Source: Heterodontus francisci (lineage: Eukaryota). Taken from it: 64,000 bases of DNA. Made by a program: the position numbers and the translations under genes. Below, piece after piece: positions 47,395-59,680 of this stretch (its first letter is position 1; the number at the start of each line of letters is the position of its first letter). The stretch is taken from positions 1-64,000 of the forward strand of contig NW_027141968.1 in NCBI RefSeq assembly GCF_036365525.1, in the 5' to 3' direction. The notes beneath the pieces were generated by a model. That model saw only the letters and a list, made by a program, of their open reading frames with translations, made no database searches and was not told where the DNA came from.

Positions 47395-50285
47395 TTTGGG
47401 AGGGGGATGGGAACCGGACTTGTAATCCAGGGACCAGTGGGTCCACTCAGAAAGACAAAGAGTGTAGTGAGGTATTGGGGAAGGTAGCACTGTCACAGAG
47501 GACAGATGGGCACGGAGAAGGGTTAAAGTGCGTATACTTCAACGCAAGAAGCATCAGGAATAAGGTGAGTGAATTGAAGGCGTGGATGGGCACTTGGGAC
47601 TACGATGTTGTGGCCATCACTGAAACGTGGATAGGTGAGGGGGAGGAATGGTTTTTGGAGGTACCTGGTTATAGATGTTTTCATAAGATTAGGAATGGTG
47701 GTAAAAGAGGTGGGGGGGTGGCATTGTTAGTTAGAAATAGTGTAACAACTGCTGAAAGAATTTTCGAGGAGGATCTGCCGACTGAGGCACTGTGGGTTGA
47801 GGTCAGGAACAGGAAAGGAGCAGTCACCTTGATGGGAGTTTTCTATAGGCCCCCCAATAGCAGCAGGGAGGTGGAAGAGCAGATTGGGAAACAGATTTTG
47901 GAAAGGAGCAGAAGTCACAGGGTAGTAATTATGGGGGATTTCAACTTCCCAAATATTGATTGGCAACTCTTTAGATCGAATAGTTTGGATGGGGTAGTGT
48001 TTGTGCAGTATGTCCAGGAAGCTTTTCTGACTCAGTATGTAGACTGCCCGACCAGAGGGGAGGCAATATTGGATTTGGTACTAGGTAATGAACCAGGGCA
48101 AGTGATAGAGCTGTTGGTGGGCGAGCACTTTGGAGATAGTGATCACAATTCTGTAGCATTCACTGTGGTAATGGAGAGGGATAGGTATGTGCAACAGGGC
48201 AAGGTTTACAATTGGGGGAAGGGTAGATATGATGCTGTCAGGCAGGAACTGAGGAGCATAAGTTGGGAGCATATGCTGGCAGGGAAGGGCACGGTCGAAA
48301 TGTGGAACTTTTTCAAGGAGCAGATAGTAGGGGCCATTGATAAGCATGTCCCTGTCAGACAGGGAAGGGATGGTCATGTGAGGGAACCGTGGTTGACAAG
48401 AGAGGTTGAGAGTCTTGTTAGGAAGAAGAAGGATGCGTATATAAAGTTGAGGAAAAAGGGCACAGGCATAGCTCTGGAGGGATACAAGATGGCCAGGAAG
48501 GATCTGAAGAAAGGGATTAGGAGAGCTAAGAGAGGGCATGAAAAATGCTTGGCGGGTAGGATAAAAGAAAACCCCAAGGCCTTTTACGCGTATGTCAGAA
48601 ATATGAGGATGACCAGGGGGACCATAGGTCCGGTCAAGGACAATAGCGGGAGACTGTGTGTTGAGCCGGAAGAGATAAGTGAGGTTTTGAATGAGTACTT
48701 CTCTTCGGTATTTACGAATGAGAAGGGGTGTATTACTGAAGAGGACGATGTGAAACAGATTGGTAAGCTCGAGGAAGTGCTCGTTAGGAGGGAAGATGTG
48801 TTGGGGTTTTTGAATAACTTGAAGATAGACAAGTCTCCCGGGCCTGACGGGGTATATCCAAGGATGTTATGGGAAGCAAGGGATGAAATTGCAGAGCCGC
48901 TGGCAATGATCTTTTCATCTTCTCTGCTGACGGGGGTGGTACCAGGTGATTGGAGGGTGGCAAATGTTGTGCCCCTGTTCAAGAAAGGGAATAGGAACAA
49001 CCCTGGGAATTACAGGCCAGTTAGTCTTACTTCGGTGGTAGGCAAGTTGATGGAAAAGGTGCTGAGGGATAGGATTTCTGAGCATCTGGAAAGACACTGC
49101 TTGATTCGGGACAGTCAGCACGGTTTTGTGAGGGGTAGGTCTTGCCTCACAAGCCTGATTGAATTCTTTGAGCAGGTGACCAAGCAAGTGGATGAGGGTA
49201 AACCAGTGGATGTGGTGTACATGGATTTTAGTAAGGCATTTGATAAGGTCCCCCATGGTAGACTTATGGAGAAAGTCAGGAGGCATGGGATAGTGGGGAA
49301 TGTGGCCAGTTGGATTAAGAATTGGCTAACTGATAGAAGGCAGAGAGTGGTCTTAGATGGTAAATACTCAGCCTGGAGCCCAGTTACCAGTGGCGTGCCG
49401 CAGGGATCAGTTCTGGGTCCTCTCCTGTTTGTGATTTTTATTAACGACTTGGATGAGGAAGTCGAAGGGTGGGTCAGTAAATTTGCAGATGATACAAAGG
49501 TTGGTGGAGTTGTGGATACCGAGGAGGGCTATTGTCGTCTGCAAAGGGACTTGGATAGGTTGCAGTGCTGGGCTGAAAAGTGGCAGATGGAGTTTAACCC
49601 TGAAAAGTGTGAGGTCGTCCATTTTGGAAGGACAAACATGAATGCAAAATACTGGGTTAACGGTAGGGTTCTTGGGCATGTGGAGGAGCAGAGAGACCTT
49701 GGGGTCCATGTGCATAGATCATTGAAAGTTGCAACTCAAGTGGATAGGGCTGTGAAGAAGGCATATGGGGTGTTAGCGTTCATTAGCAGAGGGATTGAAT
49801 TTAAGAGCCGTGAGGTGATGATGCAGCTGTACAGGACCTTGGTAAGGCCTCATTTGGAGTACTGTGTGCAGTTCTGGTCGCCTCATTTTAGGAAGGATGT
49901 GGAAGCCTTGGAGAGGGTGCAGAGGAGATTTACCAGGATGTTGCCTGGAATGGAGAATAAGTCTTACGAGGAAAGGCTGAACATTCTAGGCCTCTTCTCA
50001 TTAGAAAGGAGAAGGATGAGGGGTGACATGATAGAGGTTTATAAGATGATCAGGGGAATAGATAGGGTAGACAGTCAGAAACTTTTTCCCCGGGTGGAGC
50101 AAAGCGTTACAAGGGGTCATAAATTTAAGGTGAAGGGTGGGAGATATAAGGGGGATGTCAGGGGAAGGTTCTTTACCCAGAGAGTGGTCGAGGCATGGAA
50201 TGCCTTGCCCGGTGAAGTTGTTGAGTCAGAAACTTTAGGGACTTTCAAAAGGCTTTTGGATAGGTATATGGATAAAGGAGAATGA
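47391..50285 (+). CDS. CR1 ORF2 (APE + RT), open in the -1 frame from the ORF1 stop; no AUG before the endonuclease
   Basis: LVWEGDGNR...YFNARS...GDFN...SDH...FADD, uninterrupted. Confidence 0.95.
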   Translation, partial: LVWEGDGNRTCNPGTSGSTQKDKECSEVLGKVALSQRTDGHGEGLKCVYFNARSIRNKVSELKAWMGTWDYDVVAITETWIGEGEEWFLEVPGYRCFHKIRNGGKRGGGVALLVRNSVTTAERIFEEDLPTEALWVEVRNRKGAVTLMGVFYRPPNSSREVEEQIGKQILERSRSHRVVIMGDFNFPNIDWQLFRSNSLDGVVFVQYVQEAFLTQYVDCPTRGEAILDLVLGNEPGQVIELLVGEHFGDSDHNSVAFTVVMERDRYVQQGKVYNWGKGRYDAVRQELRSISWEHMLAGKGTVEMWNFFKEQIVGAIDKHVPVRQGRDGHVREPWLTREVESLVRKKKDAYIKLRKKGTGIALEGYKMARKDLKKGIRRAKRGHEKCLAGRIKENPKAFYAYVRNMRMTRGTIGPVKDNSGRLCVEPEEISEVLNEYFSSVFTNEKGCITEEDDVKQIGKLEEVLVRREDVLGFLNNLKIDKSPGPDGVYPRMLWEARDEIAEPLAMIFSSSLLTGVVPGDWRVANVVPLFKKGNRNNPGNYRPVSLTSVVGKLMEKVLRDRISEHLERHCLIRDSQHGFVRGRSCLTSLIEFFEQVTKQVDEGKPVDVVYMDFSKAFDKVPHGRLMEKVRRHGIVGNVASWIKNWLTDRRQRVVLDGKYSAWSPVTSGVPQGSVLGPLLFVIFINDLDEEVEGWVSKFADDTKVGGVVDTEEGYCRLQRDLDRLQCWAEKWQMEFNPEKCEVVHFGRTNMNAKYWVNGRVLGHVEEQRDLGVHVHRSLKVATQVDRAVKKAYGVLAFISRGIEFKSREVMMQLYRTLVRPHLEYCVQFWSPHFRKDVEALERVQRRFTRMLPGMENKSYEERLNILGLFSLERRRMRGDMIEVYKMIRGIDRVDSQKLFPRVEQSVTRGHKFKVKGGRYKGDVRGRFFTQRVVEAWNALPGEVVESETLGTFKRLLDRYMDKGE

Positions 50286-50829
50286 TGGGGTATAGATTAA
50301 ATTGTCCTTGACAGAGGACAAAGGATCGGCACAACATTGTGGGCCGAAGGGCCTGTTCTGTGCTGTATGTTCTATGTTCTATGTTCTATATCCCCTGCAC
50401 AGGCCAGAAAGGAAGGTGATGAGGATCGGAGTGAGGTCCACAATCCAAAGTGCTTTCATTGCCAAAAGCTGGGTTATCTTCGTGCAGAATGCTGGAAATT
50501 GCGAGGTAAACCCATAGGACTTAATACGTAGAGAGTACAGCAGACTAGGCTGTAGCTTTGACGGCAGCTGTAAAACTCGATACAAAAACGAAAGTGAGTG
50601 TAGAGGTTAAAAATAGATAGCCGAAAGTTATAATGAATTCTTGTCCAAGGGAAAAGTAACTTCATATCCTTAAGTGAGGCAAAAAAAACCATCATTATAC
50701 TCTGGGATACAGGTGCATCCCAAACACTCTTGCTGAGGAAATATATAACGTTTTCACCAGAGATCACCCTAAATGCTGCCGTTTGAGTTAATGGGACTGC
50801 AGGGGAATATATGCCCCTACCTTTTTATG

Positions 50830-51545
50830 AAGGCCTCAATTGCATTCCGTGGTAGAGAATTCCACAGGTTCACCACTCATGTCAGTCCTAAAAGGCTTAC
50901 GCTTATCCTTAGACTGTGTCCCCTGGTCCTGTACTCGTCCGCCATCTGAAACATCCTTCCTGCATCCAGTCTGTCCAGTCCTGTTAGAATTTTGTAGGTT
51001 TCTATGTGATCCGCTCTCATTCTTCTAAACGCAAGCGAATACAAGCCTAATCGACTCAATCTCTTTTCATACGTCAGTCCTGCCATCCCAGGAATCAGAC
51101 TGGTGAACATTCGCTGCACTTCCTACATGGCAAGAACATCCTTCCTCAGATGAAGAGACTAAAACTGCATCCAATACTCCAGATCTGCTCTCACCAAGTC
51201 CTTGTATAATTGCAGCAAGACATCATTTCTCCAGTACTCGAATCCTCTCGCTATGAAGGCCAACATACCATTTGCCTTCTTATCTGCCTGCTGCACTTGC
51301 ATGCTTAATTTCAGCTTAACTTGGTGCACGAGGACACCAAGGTCTCGATGCACCTCCCCCTTTCCCAATCTATCGCATTTGAGATACTAATCTGCCTTTC
51401 TATTTTTGCCACCAAAGTTGATACCTCACATTTATCCACATTATACTGCATCTGCCATGTATTATCCCACTCGCTCAACCTGTCCAAATCGCACTGGAGC
51501 TTCTCTGCATCCTCCTCACAGCTTACTCTCACACCCATCTTTTTG
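50830..51545 (-). mobile_element. CR1 RT C-terminal fragment
   Basis: KKANGMLAFIARG, QRMFTSLIPG. Confidence 0.85.
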
Positions 51546-51910
51546 TCGCATTTTCGCAATTCCACATACGACTTTCTCATCTACCAGGAGCGTAATCCAT
51601 ATAGACTTAGGTTTCTATTTTATTCATAAGAGACAGTTAATTTAAAAAAATGACAAAAAAAAACCGCTTCGCTACTACTACTATTGTTGAATGTATGTGG
51701 GTGAATAGGGGGAGGTAAATTAAAATAAGAAGTTATAAAATCTTTAGTCATAGGTTTATCTTAATACTGTTTAACATTGTTTTGATAAATGGTTAAGTTG
51801 CTGTTGTGTAAAAATACTTGGTATGGTTTGTTTTGTTCCGGGAGTTACTGGTGTTTAATTTGACTATTTTCCGATTGGGCGTGCAAGCTTAATAATATGC
51901 TGTGATACAG
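51545..51910 (+). mobile_element. Gmr1-like LTR fragment
   Basis: Similar to 17150-17500 (GTTGCTGTT...TTGGT.TGGTTTG...CTATTTT). Confidence 0.55.
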
Positions 51911-51939
51911 ATGACACTCTATCACTTTCATACCTCCCT

Positions 51940-52265
51940 GTCTCATGCTCCGTCTGTCTCACTCCATTTCCCTTAATACTTGTTCATTCCCCCCTTTCTC
52001 TCTCTCTCTCCCTCTCTCTGTCTCTGTCGCACACACACAGACACACTTACTCTCCCTGTCAATCTGTATCTCTCGCTCTATGACGCTCATTTCCTCTCTC
52101 TCTCTCTATTTCATTCACTCTCACTGTATATCTGTCTATCTGTCTCTCACACTCTATCACTCTCATTAGCTGCCTGACCTTCCCCGGCTTTCTCTCTATT
52201 TCTCTCTTTGTATAATTCTCCCACTCTCCCTGTCCATCTGTATCTCTCACTCTTTCAGTCTCACA

Positions 52266-52319
<54 letters not shown>

Positions 52320-52706
52320 CTCATGGCCTGCATGTGGACTCTGACTCCATCTCTGTTTCTCACTCCCTTTCAATCCCTGTCTGTCTGTCTGGCTGTCGTG
52401 CTCTATATCACTGTCNNNNNNNNNNNNNNNNNNNNNNNNNNNNNNNNNNNNNNNNNNNNNNNNNNNNNNNNNNNNNNNNNNNNNNNNNNNNNNNNNNNNN
52501 NNNNNNNNNNNNNNNNNNNNNNNNNNNNNNNNNNNNNNNNNNNNNNNNNNNNNNNNNNNNNNNNNNNNNNNNNNNNNNNNNNNNNNNNNNNNNNNNNNNN
52601 NNNNNNCACTCTCCCTGTATCTATCTCTTTCTCTATCAATCGCATTCTCTGTCTGTCTCCATCTATCTCCCCTTCTCTCTCTCATGCTATATCTTTCTCA
52701 CTCTCA

Positions 52707-52772
<66 letters not shown>

Positions 52773-53105
52773 CTGACTATCTCTCAGTCTCCCTGTCTCT
52801 CTCTATCAATTTCATTCCCTGTCTGCCTGTATCTATCTCTCTCTCTCCCCCTCCCTCCCTCCTTGAATCTGACTCTCTCTCAGTCTCCCTGTCTCTGTCT
52901 GTCTCCCTATCAATCTCATGCCATGTCTGTTCTCTGTATCTCTCACTGATGCTCTCCCTTTCTCACTCTCACTACATCTCCACCCCTTCTCCTTCTCCTT
53001 CTTCCTCTAATTCCCCGTCGATCTTACCATCACTTTCTCGTTCACACTCTCTCTCATCTGTCTCTCACACAAACATTCTCTTCATCTGTCTGTCTCCTTC
53101 ACACA
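51940..53105. repeat. CT-rich low complexity with (TCTA)n and (CT)n microsatellites
   Basis: Direct reading. Confidence 0.95.
52416..52606. other. Assembly gap (191 N)
   Basis: Run of N. Confidence 1.
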
Positions 53106-53109
53106 CTCT

Positions 53110-56100
53110 AGCCAGAATTCTGTACGGCATTTTGAAATGGGAATGGTGGTATGGGGGCCGGGGTGGCGTGCGAGGGGAGGCGGGGTTGTTGGTGGAGAAT
53201 CGCATCAGAAGCATTCTCCCATAAATATGGTGCCACGATGTCAGTTTTTGATTTATAAGTGGCAGGAAAGCACTAACGTAAATCGATGCCCCGACGTGAC
53301 GAGAATGGATATGAAATCGTCGAACTAGTAGTTTCATTAAATTAGCATCAAATTTATCGTGATATAATGGGGAGCTTCTGATTAAGTTGATGGCGTGTCT
53401 TTGGATACATAACATTTAAAAGCCAGTATCACCGAGGCGAAGCTTCATGACAGGGAGGCAGCAATGACCAACACTCCATCGGGTGAGAGGTGGTGGAGTG
53501 GGGGAGGGGTGTTGGTTCTACAGATCATTTTGTAACGGTCGTGCTGTGCACTCTGAAAGATGGGGTCAGGTTCTCGAAAGCTCTTCAAGAGGGTTGGGAT
53601 CTCAGGGCATCTGCAACGAGATTTGGGAGTCACGTCCTCTGCAGGGGTGGGAATCTTGGATTTAGGTGTGTGTACGGGTTGAACAATCCGTGGTGAGATC
53701 TGTCTTTCACAATACTGCTGGAGGAAACGATTGTCCATCAGCTAGTGTGGGCACTGCGGTTCATCGAAAATTCTTCTGGGAGAATTAGAAAAACCTCAAA
53801 TGCCATGACAGGGTCGTCTCTGGAAGTCCAATGGTCACATTGCATGGTTCTCATACATGCTGTCTTTTTGGACTCGTGTTTCATGATACTGTGCCTTTGA
53901 CAGAGGAAGTTACAAGACCCAGCTGCACCTAACCATGAAGCTCCACTTGAGAGCGACAGCAGCCAGTCATGCTGACAAGGATGCACCCAGAGTCATAGAG
54001 TTTCACAGCACAGAAACAGGATCTTGGGCCCAACATGCCTGCGCTGACCATCAAGCAGCCATACAACTTCACACCATTTTCCAAAACTTGGCCCGTAGCC
54101 TTGTATACTGTGGCGTTTCAAGTGCTCATCTAAATACTTCTTAAATGTTGTGAGGCTCCCTGCTTCTACCACCCCTCCAGGCAGTATGCTCCAGATTCCA
54201 GCCACTCTCTGGATGAAAAGAAATCCTCAACTCTTTTCTAAACCTTCCGCCCCTTACCTTAAATGTTTGTACCCCGTTACTGATCCCTCCACTAAGGGAG
54301 AAATGTTTCTTCCTGTCGATCGTATCAATGCCCCTCATAATTTTGCATACCTCAATCAGGTCCCCCCCTTTGCCAACTCTGCTGTCGGGGGAAAAATAGC
54401 ATATCCAGTCTCTCTTCATCACTGAAATGCTCACGCCCAGGCAGCATCCTGGGGAATCTCCTCTGCACCATCTCCAGTGCAATCACATCCTCCCTATAGT
54501 GCGGTGACCAGAACTGTGCACAGAACACCAGCTGTGGCCTAACCAACATTTTATACAGCTTAAACATAACCTCCCTGTTCTTATATTCTCTGCTTCGGTT
54601 AATAAAGGCAACTATCCCATATGCCTACCTAACCAGCTTATCAATCTGTGATGCTGCCTTCAGTGATCTATGGACAATCACCCCCTGGTCCCCCTGACCC
54701 TCTGTACTTCCTTGGGTCCTACCATATTCCCTTACCTTGTTTGTCCTCCAAAAATGCATCACCTGAAACTTCTCAGGCTTAAACTCCATCTGCCAATGCT
54801 CCAGCCATCCTACCAGCCCATCTATATCGTCCTGTAATCTATGTCTTTCCTCCTCACTATTTATGACACCACCAATTTCCGTGTCGTCTGAGAATTTACT
54901 GATCATACAGGCCATATTCAGATCTAAATCATTAAGGTACATTACACACAGTAAGGGTCCCAGAACCGAACCCTGTGGTACCCCACTGATCACATCCCCC
55001 ATTCGCAAAAACAAACCTCGACTATCACCCTCTACCTCCTGCCACTAAGGTAATATTCGATCCCATTTGCCAAATTACCCTGGATCCCATGGGCTATTAC
55101 CTTCTGAACCAATCTCCCATGCGGAGCCTCATCAAAAGCCATGCTCAAGTCCATGTGGACCCAATCAACGGCTTTACCTCACATACACACCTAGCCACCT
55201 CATCGAAAAATACAATCAAGTGTTTTAGACATGATATCCCCCTATAAAGCCATGCGTATGATTCCTGAGTAATTCCTGCCTCTCCAAGTGGAGATTAATC
55301 CTGTCCCTCAGAATTTTTTCCAATAATTTCGCGACCACTGATGTTAGCTTCACCAGCCTTTACTTACCTGGTTTATCCCTGCTACCCTTCCTGAATAATG
55401 GTACCACATTCGCTGTCCTCCACTCCTCTGGTACCTCTCCTGTGGCAAAAGAGGATTTGGAAATTTGTGGCAGAACACCTGCTCTCTCCTCTTTTGCGTC
55501 ATATTGCATCTGGGATCGATCTCATCTGGGGATGTATCCACCTTTAAGCCCATTAATACAGCTAATACTTCCTCCTATTCAATGCTAATTTGATTAAGTC
55601 TATCACAATCTCCCTGCCTGATCACTACACCTACATTGTCCCTCTCCATAGTGAACACAAATTAAAAGTAATAATTCAAAGCCTCACCTATGTCCTCTGG
55701 TTCCACACACAGATTCCCTCTTTGCTCCCTAACGTCCCCACTTTATCCATAGTTATCCCCTTTCCCTTAGCATACTTGTAAAAAGCCTTTGGATTTCCCT
55801 TGTCCTTGTCTGCCAGTGAATTTTCATGTCCCCTTTTGGCTCTCCTAATTACTTGTTTAAGTAAACCCTATACTTTCTATACCCCTCTAGCACCTCCGCT
55901 GTTTTCAGCGCTGTCAATCTGCTATAAAACTTTTTTTTGCTTTATTCCTCCATATCCCTTGACATCCAGAGTTCCCCTTGATTTGTTGGTCCTACCCTTC
56001 ACCTTTAAGGGGACGTGTTTATCTTGAACCCTCACCATTTCCTTTCCGAATGACTCCCACTGGTCTGATGTAGACTGTCCTTTAAGAAGCTGCTCCCAGT

Positions 56101-59100
56101 CCACTTTGGCCAGATCCTGTTTATCACATTGGAATCTTCCTTCTCCCAATTCATTACTTTTATTTCTGGTCTCTCTATGTCCTTTTCCATAACTGCTTAA
56201 ATCTTACAGAGTTATGGTCACTCTCCCGAAATGCTCCCCCACTGCCACTTCTATCACTTTTCCTTCCTCATTCCCCAGGATTAAGTCCAGCACCGCTCCT
56301 CCTCTTGCAGGACTCTCTACGTGCTGGCTCAAACAAACCCTCCTGAATTCACTTGAAGAATTCCGCCCCCTTCAAACGTTTTGCACTGATGCTATCCCCT
56401 CTAATATAGGGGAAGTTTAAATCCTATTAGTTTTGCACCTCTCTGACATTTGCCTCCATGTCTGCCCCTCTATCTCTCCCTGACTGTTTGGAAGCCTGTA
56501 GTACATTTCCAGCCAAGTGATTGCCCCAATTTGTTTTTAAGTTCTACCCATATGGCCTTATTGGAGTAACCTTCTCAGATATCATTCCCCACCCCTCCTG
56601 ACTGCGGTAATTGACACCTTAATCAACAGTGCAATGCCACCTCCTCTTTTACCCCGTCTCCTATCACGTCTGTAGATTCTATACCCAGTCCTGCCCTTCT
56701 GTCAATCATGTCTCAGTGATAGCAATAATATACCAAAAAAACATGTGTTAATCAACGCCCTCAATTCATCTGCCTTACTAGTAAGACTCCTTGCATTAAA
56801 ATGGGTAAAATCCAGCCTTGCATTATTTGCTCGAACCTTAACAGGTCTGCATTTACTCTGCCATTCAAAGTGACTTCGCTTCTCTTCTATATTTGAATGT
56901 CGATCACCCCTTACTGTGTTTCCATTCTGCATCCCATCCCCCTGGCAAATAAGTATATATCCCTAACCCCCGCCCCCCACCCCCAACAGCATCAGCAAAC
57001 CTCCCAGCAAGGATGTTGGTCCCGTTACAGTTCAGATGCAACCCCTCCATCTTATTCAGATCCTAACTTCTCCAGAAACAAACCCAGTGATCCAGGAAAC
57101 TAAACCCTCCCTCCTGCACCATCTTTTCAACCATGCATTCATCTGCTCTAACCTCCTATTCATATACTCACTAATTCATGGCACCAGCAGAAACCCAGAT
57201 ATTTCAATCTTTGAGTTCCTACTTTTTAATCTGCTGCCTAGTTCCCTAAATTCTTTTTGCAGGACCTCATCCCTCTTTCTATCTATGTCATTGGTGCCAA
57301 CATGGACCAGACCTCTGGCTGTGCACCCTCACCCTCCAGAATACTCGGTACCCGCTCGATGATATCCATTACCCTTGCACCAGGGACGCAACAGATGATC
57401 CTAGAATCACATCTGCGAAAACAGAAACGCCTATCGTTTCCTCCAACCACAGAATCCACTACCTCTATTGTCCTATTTCCCCTTTTTCTCCATCCCAGCA
57501 CAGCTGACTCACCAATTATATTCTGGTTATGACTCTGTGTGCATTTTCCGAATGAACCCTCTTTCCCATTACTACCCAGAACTGAATACCGGTTAGAAAG
57601 TGAGATGTTCTCCGGACACTCTTAAACTGCATGCCCTGACTTCCTTGTCCGTCTGGCAGCCACCCAGTCACGCCCCGACTGTGCCTCGGCACCGGCTTGC
57701 TTACCTCCTGAAACGTGCCATCCATGTAGCCCTCCACCTCGTGGATGTGTCACAGTGACTCCAGCCGCTGCTCGAGCTCCGAAACCCGAAGTTTAAGCTT
57801 CTGCAACCGGAGACAGCTTCCGCAGGCATGTTCGCCAAGGTCACATGTCATGTTCAGAACTTCCCACGTTGCACAGCAGGCACATTCTGCTTGGCCAAGC
57901 TGTCCTACCATTACTTAATTTTATAATGAAAACTTATCAGCTATTTACAATTAGCTTTCATCCCCTGTATCTTTGAGGCTGTGAAAGAAAAAGACCAAAA
58001 AGCACCTTCCACCGCCCCCAGCCAGCGAAAATACCCACACTTAACTTCCTGCAAACAGCACTAGCATAGCTAGAAAATACTAATTATTTACAGGTCGCTA
58101 TTCTAGGGCTTTAATTTAAAAGGTACCTTTTCATTTAACTCCAATCAATCACAGTTATCCCCAGGCAATAACAGCTGTCGGCCACCGACCAATCAGCACA
58201 CAGAATTTCAGTGATGTCACTACTGTTTCTTTGCTAAATCCAAACAGAGCGCGTGCAGAAACAATCAGAGAGTCCGCCGCTGCCCCTGACGTCAGGTAGG
58301 TAAAGGACCTGGAGCCCCGCTCCGTTTCGAAAGCTTTTCATCCCTATTCCTTTCAGGTCCGCCGCTGCCCCGGACGTCAGGTTGGGTTACACAGTATGGG
58401 GCAGTGTCCCTTTACCCTGGCTACTTTATCTGACAGTGTACTGGTTTTCAATAAGCGACCTCCAAATGCCCAAACAGCATTGTGAGCATCCGATACCAAC
58501 CTTTGCGCCATGCTGCGGGATGAGCTGTGACATATGGGATTTTGGATTCACCCTATGCCCGTGGCCCTGACAATCACAGTGGCACTAAACTTCCACACTT
58601 CTAGATCTTTCCAGGAACCTCCAGCGACATGTATGGGGTCACACAGGCAGCAGAGCATCACTGCATTAAGGCGTTGAACAATCCCCTATTCAAGAGGGCC
58701 GACGAGTAGCGAGTATGTGCATTAACAGACCAACCCTGAAAGTCATGCCGAGGGGGCCAACAGATTGGGGGTCATCGCCAGATTTCCACGGGTGCAGGGT
58801 CTGTTAGATTGCATCCATGTGGTCTTCAACAGAGCAGCCAGCCGTCTTCACCAACAGGAAAGGCTTCCCTTCAATCATGTTCAACTGGTCTGCGACCACA
58901 AACGACATTTCCTGCAGGTGTTTGCCCACTTCCAAAGCAGCTGCAATGCCTTCATACTTCTCAGAACAAAGCACCACAACTTTTGTGGCCGCCGCTCGCG
59001 TTCAGGAATAAATTCTCCGGGAGAAGAGCTACACATTGAGGCGTGCCTTCTCACGCTTATGAGGAACCCTAGAAATGCAGTGGAGGAAAGGTGCAACACT

Positions 59101-59290
59101 TGCCATGGCTCCACCTGATCGACTACTGAACAGGTCATAGCGCTGCTGACGGTGATATCCTACTGCATCAACCGATCCAGCGGCAGTATGCCCGGCAAGG
59201 TTTGCATGTAACTTCGGATTCTGCTGTGTGCTGCACAATCTAGCACTGCAGAGGTGGGTGAAGGACTTTTTAATGCTAAGATGCCCGAGA
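53110..59290 (+). mobile_element. PIF/Harbinger DNA transposon remnant split by a CR1; transposase pseudogene ~58440-59260
   Basis: HPMPVALTITVALNF, FPRVQGLLDCIHV, NRKGFPSI, VQLVCD, LLTLMRNP. Assignment of 53110-53990 is weaker. Confidence 0.8.
53990..58380 (-). mobile_element. Full-length degenerate CR1
   Basis: VDSVVGGNDRRF, FNARSL, GVPQGSVLGP, FSDD, and a 3' tail. Confidence 0.9.
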
Positions 59291-59339
59291 GACACCCATC
59301 AACTAATCAGGAATATGTGTAGGGGTTATCGATACATTT

Positions 59340-59680
59340 GCAGAACAGAAAGAGGACATTCAGCCCATCGCGTCCATGCCGGCTCTCCACGGAGCTGTGC
59401 ATTCAGTCAAACTAATCAGCTCGATCATCGTAGCCCTGCAAGTCTATTTCTCGCAAGTGGCCATCAACTTCTTATTAAAGTCATTGATTGACTCCGCTTC
59501 CAATACTCTTGAAGGCAGCATGTTCCAGGTCATTACCACCCACCGCATAAAATGTGCTTCCTCATATTCCCTTGCATCTTTTGCCCAAAATCTTCAATTT
59601 GTATCTCTTAGTCCTTGTACCATTTGTTAATGGGAGAACATTTTCCTCGTCTAACTTATCAAACCCTGTCATAATTTGAA
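59340..59680 (-). mobile_element. CR1 3' end fragment
   Basis: ACATTCAGCCCATCG tail pattern, TTCCAGGTCATTACCACC. Confidence 0.7.

Larger units (their letters stand above)
46195..50389 (+). mobile_element. Full-length CR1 LINE with both ORFs intact
   Basis: 5' UTR, ORF1, ORF2 and a (TGTTCTA)n tail. Confidence 0.97.
44939..50830 (+). mobile_element. Gmr1-like Gypsy remnant (LTR end, Pro-like PBS, SCAN-like gag, zinc knuckle, protease) split by a CR1
   Basis: TCGTAACA + TGGAGGCTCGTC; AYELVREGYHQKF; CFHCQKLGYLRAEC; ILWDTGASQTL. Confidence 0.88.

Noticed and set aside
52208-53224. 338-aa ORF
   Set aside because: Artefact of CT microsatellite and the N gap.
58765-59260. Domesticated HARBI1 gene
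   Set aside because: Frameshifts, stops and deletions indicate a decayed transposon copy.
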